Source: a virus (lineage: Duplodnaviria > Heunggongvirae > Uroviricota > Caudoviricetes). From it: DNA of 64,000 nucleotides. Shown here in pieces: positions 58,140 to 64,000 of this stretch (position 1 is its first letter; every line of letters starts with the position of its first letter). The stretch covers positions 54,551 through 118,550 of the IMG/VR virus record IMGVR_UViG_3300023184_000028, one strand, 5' to 3'. The translations under genes and the position numbers were made by a program. Below the pieces are notes generated by a model. It was not told the DNA's origin and did no database searches. It was given only the letters and a program-made list of their open reading frames with translations.

Positions 58140-58592
58140 ATGAAAGAGATGGACATTACTAAAATGGAATTTTTGTTGACACTTAACGATATTATTATCG
58201 TCCAAAGATTCTATAATGTGAGAAACTACAACCCAAGTGTGAGGAATTCTTTTGAGATTTACGACTTGATGTTTCAGATTAAAAACGAGTTGCAAAACGA
58301 CTTGAAGTGGAAGACAATTGTGTATATGATTGACAACAAATCGTTGATTGAACAAGACCCAAAAGTCATGAATACTTCTATGACTAATGAACCTGAATTT
58401 TTTAACATGTATATTAAAGTTGGGGATGAGACAATTTGTCATAGACAATTTGATGCTAAAATGTATCCACCAAAGATAAGATATACTGTGGATGTACGCC
58501 CTTACTTGAAAAGTATTCTTAAGGATTTGACTGACATTTTTTCAGAACAAAATTTAACTTATGAATATCTCGGACTTCCGCTAGAGGCTTAA
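58140..58592 (+). CDS. Hypothetical protein
   Basis: 150-aa ORF co-oriented within the replication unit. Confidence 0.75.
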   Translation: MKEMDITKMEFLLTLNDIIIVQRFYNVRNYNPSVRNSFEIYDLMFQIKNELQNDLKWKTIVYMIDNKSLIEQDPKVMNTSMTNEPEFFNMYIKVGDETICHRQFDAKMYPPKIRYTVDVRPYLKSILKDLTDIFSEQNLTYEYLGLPLEA

Positions 58593-58621
58593 TATTTATT
58601 TTAACACAAACACATTTTAGC

Positions 58622-60004
58622 ATGAATTCTGACAAAAATTTTAATTATTTAGGTAATACATTTCAACTACAACTTCTTAACCAAATCATTTTAGACAAGG
58701 AATTTTCTCGTTCAATAATTGATGTTACTGAGTTGAACTACTTTGAGAACAAATACTTTAAGATTATCATTCAGATGATTAAAGAGTATTATGTAAAGTA
58801 TGAATCAACACCATCGTTTGACACTTTGGAACAAATTGCTAAGTCAGAAATTTCACAAGAACTTGCGGCAAAGATTGTCTTAGATACAATTAAGCAAGTG
58901 AAAGATGCACCATTTGAAGGTGTGACATTTGTTCAGGAAAAAGCATTGAAATTCTGTAAACAACAAGAGTTACAGAAGGTGATGACAAAGGCTCAAAAAA
59001 TTATTGATGGGGGAGAGTTTGAGAATTATGATACGTTAGAGGAAATGGTTAGAGAAGCCTTACAAGTAGGCGAGGTTGACAAAGGAACTGAGGATGTGTT
59101 CCACAACCTTGAGGATGTATTAAACGACGATTTTAGACATCCAATTCCGATGGGGGTACCTTCTATAGACAAACTACTTAAAGGTGGTTTGGCGAAGGGA
59201 GAGATAGGTGTGATACTAGCCCCAACGGGAGTAGGTAAATCAACATTACTTACAAAAATGGCAAATCACGCATATAATCTTGGGTATAATGTTCTTCAGA
59301 TATTTTTTGAGGATAACCCAAAGATTATACAAAGAAAACATTTCACATTGTGGACGGGAATATCACCTGATGAATTGGCAAATCAAAAAGAAATGGTGAT
59401 GAAAAAGGTTATTGAAATTAAGGAGACACTACCAAATAGATTAATCCTTAAAAAATTACCTTCCGACACAATGACGATGTTACAGATTAAAAACCAAATT
59501 AGAAAGATGATTGCTGAGGGTAATAAAATTGATATGGTACTTTTGGATTATATTGATTGTGTTGTCCCCGACAAAAATCTTGGTGATGAGTGGAAAAGTG
59601 AAGGTTCAGTTATGAGAGGGTTTGAGGCCATGTGTCATGAACTTAATTTAGTTGGTTGGACTGCTACACAGGGTAACAGAAGTTCAATATCTTCTGAGGT
59701 CGTTACCACCGACCAAATGGGTGGCTCCATTAAAAAAGCCCAAGTTGGACACGTTATTATTTCAGTCGCTAAAACTCTACAGCAAAAAGAAATGAAATTG
59801 GCGACAATCGCTATCACAAAATCTCGTATTGGTCCCGATGGAATCATCTTTGAGAACTGTAAATTTGATAACGAATTATTGGTTATTGACACCGAAAGTT
59901 CCGTAACGTTCTTAGGTTTTGAAGAAAACAAAGAAGTACAACAAAAGAACAGAGTTAAAGAGTTATTGGAGAAGAGAAAAGAAAGAGAATCACAAAACAA
60001 ATAA
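58622..60004 (+). CDS. dnaB: DnaB-like replicative helicase (T4 gp41-like)
   Basis: Walker A LAPTGVGKS, LLDYID, WTATQGNR and KSRIG. Confidence 0.92.
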   Translation: MNSDKNFNYLGNTFQLQLLNQIILDKEFSRSIIDVTELNYFENKYFKIIIQMIKEYYVKYESTPSFDTLEQIAKSEISQELAAKIVLDTIKQVKDAPFEGVTFVQEKALKFCKQQELQKVMTKAQKIIDGGEFENYDTLEEMVREALQVGEVDKGTEDVFHNLEDVLNDDFRHPIPMGVPSIDKLLKGGLAKGEIGVILAPTGVGKSTLLTKMANHAYNLGYNVLQIFFEDNPKIIQRKHFTLWTGISPDELANQKEMVMKKVIEIKETLPNRLILKKLPSDTMTMLQIKNQIRKMIAEGNKIDMVLLDYIDCVVPDKNLGDEWKSEGSVMRGFEAMCHELNLVGWTATQGNRSSISSEVVTTDQMGGSIKKAQVGHVIISVAKTLQQKEMKLATIAITKSRIGPDGIIFENCKFDNELLVIDTESSVTFLGFEENKEVQQKNRVKELLEKRKERESQNK

Positions 60005-60018
60005 ACTAAAAACGAAAA

Positions 60019-61887
60019 ATGAATAAAATGGACGCATCTCAGAAGATATTGTCTGACATTACGGTGTATATGAAATACGCCAAATTTTTACCCGAACTTG
60101 ATAGAAGAGAAACGTGGGAAGAATTAGTAACCAGAAACATGAATATGCACATTAAAAAATACCCCAAACTCGGAAGTGAGATTGTTGAGGTATACAAATA
60201 TGTGTATGATAAAAAAGTATTACCCTCAATGAGGTCAATGCAATTCGGTGGAAAACCAATTGAAATTTCTCCAAACAGAATTTATAATTGTGCTTACCTA
60301 CCTATTGACCATTTGGACGCATTTGCTGAAGCAATGTTTCTACTTTTGGGTGGAACAGGTGTTGGGTACTCAGTACAAAAACATCATGTTGAGAAATTAC
60401 CTGAAATTAGAAAACCAAACTCAAACAGAAAAAGAAGATTCTTAATTGGAGATTCTATTGAAGGATGGGCTGACGCAATCAAAGTATTGTTCAAATCTTA
60501 TTTCGGAGAACAGTTGTCAATGCCTGAGTTTGATTTCTCTGATATCAGACCAAAAGGAGCTCAACTGGTAACATCAGGTGGTAAAGCACCAGGTCCTCAA
60601 CCACTTAAAGATTGTCTACACAAACTACAAGGAATGTTAGAGGCGAGAGAAGATGGTGATAAATTAAGTCCTATTGAGGTTCATGATATGGTTTGTCATA
60701 TCGCTGACGCTGTCCTTGCCGGAGGAATTCGCAGAGCTGCTCTCATCTCCTTATTCAGTGCTGATGACCACGAAATGATTGCTTGTAAAGCGGGTGCATG
60801 GTGGGAGAACAACCCACAAAGAGGTAGAGCAAATAACTCCGCAGCACTTGTTAGACACAAAATCACTAAAGAGTTCTTCATGGACTTATGGAAAAGAGTT
60901 GAAGCTTCAGGTGCTGGTGAGCCAGGAATCTATTTCACAAATGATAAAGATTGGGGAACTAATCCTTGTTGTGAGATAGCACTTCGTTCAAATCAATTCT
61001 GTAATCTTTGTGAAGTTAATGTCTCTGACATTGAATCACAAGAAGACTTAAATAGTAGAGTTAAAGCTGCGGCATTTATTGGAACCCTACAAGCTGGCTA
61101 TACTAATTTCCATTATCTTCGTGATGTTTGGAGAAGAACAACTGAAAAAGAAGCACTTATCGGTGTATCAATGACAGGTATTGGTTCAGGTGTTGTACTT
61201 GGATACGATATGAAAGAAGCTGCGAAACTTGTTAAAGAAGAGAATTCAAGAGTTGCAAAACTTATTGGAATTAACGAATCTGCAAGAACAACAACTGTTA
61301 AACCTGCAGGGACAACATCATTGACATTGGGAACATCAAGTGGTATTCACGCTTGGCACAACGACTACTACGTTAGAAGAGTTCGTGTAGGTAAGAATGA
61401 AGCAATTTATAACTATCTACTTCAGAATCACCCTGAACTTGTTGAAGATGAATACTTCCGTCCTCATGACACCGCAGTAATCTCTGTACCACAAAAAGCA
61501 CCAGAAGGAGCAATATTGAGAACAGAAAGTCCATTCCAACTTCTTGATAGAATTAAAAAGATTACTTTAGATTGGGTTAGACCTGGACACAGAAGTGGTT
61601 CTAATACTCACAACGTATCTGCAACCGTAAGTTTGAAACCTGAAGATTGGGAATTAGCAGGAGAATGGATGTGGAATAATCGTGAATTTTATAATGGCTT
61701 ATCAGTACTTCCATTTGATGGGGGTTCATATATCCAAGCCCCTTTTACAGATTGTACTAAAGAAGAGTTTGAGCAATTATTTGCTAAACTACATACAATT
61801 GATTTATCTAAAGTTATTGAATTAACTGATAATACAGATTTAAGTGGAGAACTTGCTTGTGTTGGTGGGGCTTGTGAAATTAAGTAA
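60019..61887 (+). CDS. nrdJ: Class II (adenosylcobalamin-dependent) ribonucleotide reductase, monomeric type
   Basis: NCAY, GGIRRAA, QRGRANNS, GTNPCCEI, TTVKPAGT and C-terminal ACVGGACE. No adjacent beta subunit. Confidence 0.9.
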   Translation: MNKMDASQKILSDITVYMKYAKFLPELDRRETWEELVTRNMNMHIKKYPKLGSEIVEVYKYVYDKKVLPSMRSMQFGGKPIEISPNRIYNCAYLPIDHLDAFAEAMFLLLGGTGVGYSVQKHHVEKLPEIRKPNSNRKRRFLIGDSIEGWADAIKVLFKSYFGEQLSMPEFDFSDIRPKGAQLVTSGGKAPGPQPLKDCLHKLQGMLEAREDGDKLSPIEVHDMVCHIADAVLAGGIRRAALISLFSADDHEMIACKAGAWWENNPQRGRANNSAALVRHKITKEFFMDLWKRVEASGAGEPGIYFTNDKDWGTNPCCEIALRSNQFCNLCEVNVSDIESQEDLNSRVKAAAFIGTLQAGYTNFHYLRDVWRRTTEKEALIGVSMTGIGSGVVLGYDMKEAAKLVKEENSRVAKLIGINESARTTTVKPAGTTSLTLGTSSGIHAWHNDYYVRRVRVGKNEAIYNYLLQNHPELVEDEYFRPHDTAVISVPQKAPEGAILRTESPFQLLDRIKKITLDWVRPGHRSGSNTHNVSATVSLKPEDWELAGEWMWNNREFYNGLSVLPFDGGSYIQAPFTDCTKEEFEQLFAKLHTIDLSKVIELTDNTDLSGELACVGGACEIK

Positions 61888-61888
61888 T

Positions 61889-62089
61889 ATGGAAAACATA
61901 GAACAAAAAATTAGGGAGAAGGATAAACTTCTCCCTTCTTATTATTATTTTAACGAAAAGGGTTTATTAGTTTTTACTGAGGACTATCATTTAAGTAGAG
62001 GACATTGCTGCGGAAACAAATGTTTAAATTGTCCTTACGAACCTAGATATGAAAAAGGGGTGACAAACATAAAAAAAACTAATACATAA
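61889..62089 (+). CDS. Small Cys-rich protein (DUF5522-like)
   Basis: LVFTEDYHLSRGHCCGNKCLNCPY. The ATG at 61889, just after the nrdJ stop, is preferred over 61844. Confidence 0.7.
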   Translation: MENIEQKIREKDKLLPSYYYFNEKGLLVFTEDYHLSRGHCCGNKCLNCPYEPRYEKGVTNIKKTNT

Positions 62090-62100
62090 TATTTATTTGT

Positions 62101-62562
62101 ATGTCAAATGGTAAAACATACGGTATAGCGTTTCCCTTTAATATTTCAAATCAAGGTAAGTACCTAAGATTAACTCAAACTGCTAATGATGAAATTAGAA
62201 CTGATTTAATTCATTTACTCTTAACAAGAAAGGGTTCAAGATATTTTTTACCTGATTTTGGTACAAGATTATATGAATATATATTTGAACCAATGGATAG
62301 TCCGACATTCAATAATATTGAGGCGGATATTAGAGAGGCTTGTGAAAAATACATGCCACAACTTAAAATAACTAATATTTCTATAAAGGCAGCATCAGAT
62401 GAAGAAGAAGTTAATGTTGTTACTACGGCAGGAAATGTTATTAATAAAGAATTTAATGTGCCTAATTCAAGTACTCAACCATACACAGCAAAGGTTAGAA
62501 TTGATTATGCGATAACAGACGATGTATTTAATTCAAGAGATTTTGTAATACTTAATATTTAA
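62101..62562 (+). CDS. Baseplate wedge protein (gp25/GPW family)
   Basis: IRTDLIHLLLTRKGSRYFLPDFGTRLYEYIFEP. Confidence 0.9.
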   Translation: MSNGKTYGIAFPFNISNQGKYLRLTQTANDEIRTDLIHLLLTRKGSRYFLPDFGTRLYEYIFEPMDSPTFNNIEADIREACEKYMPQLKITNISIKAASDEEEVNVVTTAGNVINKEFNVPNSSTQPYTAKVRIDYAITDDVFNSRDFVILNI

Positions 62563-62568
62563 TATTAT

Positions 62569-64000
62569 ATGGGAGAAAAAAGAATATCATATTCCGTAAG
62601 GGATTTTCAATCAATAAGAACAGAATTAATAAATTTTGTTAAAACATATTATCCAGAATTAATAGATAATTTTAACGATGCGTCTGTTTTTTCTATGTTT
62701 TTGGATTTGAATGCTGCGGTATCAGATAATTTACATTACCATATTGATAGAAGTATTCAAGAAACGGTATTACAATACGCACAACAAAAATCATCAATAT
62801 ATAATATTGCCAGAACTTATGGATTAAAATTACCGGGACAAAGACCTTCAGTTGCTTTAGTTGATTTTTCAATTACAGTTCCAGCTAATGGAGATAGACC
62901 TGATGAAAGATATTTGGGTTTGTTAAGAAAGGGAAGTCAAGTTATTGGTGCGGGACAAGTATTTGAAACTGTTAATGATATTGATTTTACATCACCCTTC
63001 AATTCTGAAGGTTTTCCAAATAGAACTATTCGTCCTAATACTAATGGTAATAATACATTGGTAAATTATACTATAACAAAACGAGAAATTGTAGTTAATG
63101 GTATTACAAAAGTTTTTAAACAAACAATAACTCCTGGTGATGTTAAACCTTTTTATGAGTTATTTTTACCTGAAAAAAATATACTTGGAGTTACTTCTGT
63201 TATTCAAAAAGATGGGACAAATTATTCTAATGTACCTACAGTTCAAGAATTTTTAACTTTAAATGGAAAATGGTATGAAGTGGAGGCGTTAGCACAGGAT
63301 AGAGTTTTTATTGAAGACCCAACAAAACCTACAGACGCACCTGGGGTTAAAGTCGGTACTTATATCTCAACGGATAATAGATTCATGACCGAATACACAC
63401 CCGAAGGATTTATGAAAATGACTTTTGGTGGTGGTAACACATCGGCTGAAGACCAGTTAAGGGAGTTTGCGAGAACGGGAATCAATGTTCAAAGTATCCA
63501 AACATATTTAAATAACTTTTCTTTGGGTAGCACATTAAAACCAAATACAACATTATTTGTACAATATAGAATTGGTGGTGGTTTAGGAACAAATCTTGGA
63601 GTTAATGTTATTAATCAAATAGGTACTGTTTATTTCTTTGTAAATGGTCCTTCGGATGAAACTAATACATCTGTAATTACTTCTTTAAGATGTAATAATG
63701 TTACCGCAGCGATTGGGGGTTCAGGGTTACCTACTTTAGAAGAAGTTAGAAATTTTATTTCATTTAATTTTGCTTCTCAGAATAGAGCGGTCACAGTAAA
63801 TGATTATGAGGCTTTGATTAGAAAAATGCCATCAAATTTTGGAGCACCCGCAAAAGTTGCCATTTTAGAAGAAGATAATAAAGTTAAAGTTAAAATTTTG
63901 TCATATGATGCCAACGGTTCATTAACGGCAATTGTATCTAATACTTTATTAGGTAATATTGCAGAATATTTGTCTAACTATAGAATGTTGAATGATTATA
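62569..64000 (+). CDS. Baseplate wedge protein (T4 gp6-like), 3'-truncated and absent from the ORF track
   Basis: MGEKRISYSVRDFQSIRTELINFVKTYYP...QETVLQYAQQKSS...FASQNRAVTVNDY. The frame is open to the window end. Confidence 0.88.
   Translation, partial: MGEKRISYSVRDFQSIRTELINFVKTYYPELIDNFNDASVFSMFLDLNAAVSDNLHYHIDRSIQETVLQYAQQKSSIYNIARTYGLKLPGQRPSVALVDFSITVPANGDRPDERYLGLLRKGSQVIGAGQVFETVNDIDFTSPFNSEGFPNRTIRPNTNGNNTLVNYTITKREIVVNGITKVFKQTITPGDVKPFYELFLPEKNILGVTSVIQKDGTNYSNVPTVQEFLTLNGKWYEVEALAQDRVFIEDPTKPTDAPGVKVGTYISTDNRFMTEYTPEGFMKMTFGGGNTSAEDQLREFARTGINVQSIQTYLNNFSLGSTLKPNTTLFVQYRIGGGLGTNLGVNVINQIGTVYFFVNGPSDETNTSVITSLRCNNVTAAIGGSGLPTLEEVRNFISFNFASQNRAVTVNDYEALIRKMPSNFGAPAKVAILEEDNKVKVKILSYDANGSLTAIVSNTLLGNIAEYLSNYRMLNDY

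Noticed and set aside
58068-60000. Antisense ORFs such as 58068-58448, 59635-60000, 29058-29300 and 5261-5605
   Set aside because: They are shadows of well-supported genes, with no motifs and no suitable leaders.
19032-61887. Inteins or group I introns in polB, the helicases or nrdJ
   Set aside because: Lengths are ordinary, motifs are contiguous, and I saw no splice-junction or homing-endonuclease motifs.
60019-61887. Class II RNR as a novelty
   Set aside because: B12-dependent RNRs are well known in phages and this one looks ordinary.
11881-61888. Longest-ORF starts at 11881, 32602 and 61844
   Set aside because: They overlap upstream genes or a terminator. The ATGs at 11917, 32611 and 61889 fit coupling and leader patterns better.
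1-64000. Stop-codon reassignment, as seen in some large phages
   Set aside because: Core genes such as polB, sheath, dnaB and nrdJ are full length in the standard code, and coding density is high.
1-64000. tRNA, rRNA or long structured ncRNA genes
   Set aside because: Intergenic gaps are short and A/T-rich, and I found no cloverleaf or rRNA-like sequence by eye. tRNAscan-SE or Infernal would confirm this.

Overview
This window is 64 kb of an AT-rich, large T4-like myovirus (probably a jumbo phage) read in the standard genetic code. Start-codon leaders are A-rich and lack Shine-Dalgarno sequences, and there is a FISUMP domain, both of which point to a Bacteroidota/FCB-type host (inference). 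From 5' to 3' it contains: (1) 0-10 kb, a mosaic cluster of fibre/decoration-like proteins built from shared modules and Pro/Thr-rich stalks, one carrying an LCIB-type beta-carbonic anhydrase domain; (2) 10-18.5 kb, a glycan cassette headed by a GT60-like polypeptide GlcNAc-transferase, with a GNAT, a short DegT aminotransferase, GT25/GT2/HtrL-like transferases and two methyltransferases; (3) family B DNA polymerase, a minus-strand block (neck protein, SOD fusion, SNF2 helicase), neck and tail-completion genes, an unannotated ribbon-helix-helix gene, sheath, tube, tail chaperone with a candidate +1 frameshift, tape measure and very large hub proteins; (4) SSB, RecA-like recombinase, a PAS-kinase/receiver cassette, 5'-3' exonuclease, DnaB-like helicase, class II RNR and baseplate wedge genes. 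The strongest leads are a phage-encoded mucin-type O-glycosylation system for its own virion stalks, the LCIB-domain virion protein and the TTC_TTT_CGG +1 frameshift. All family assignments come from motif recognition by eye. No database search was run.
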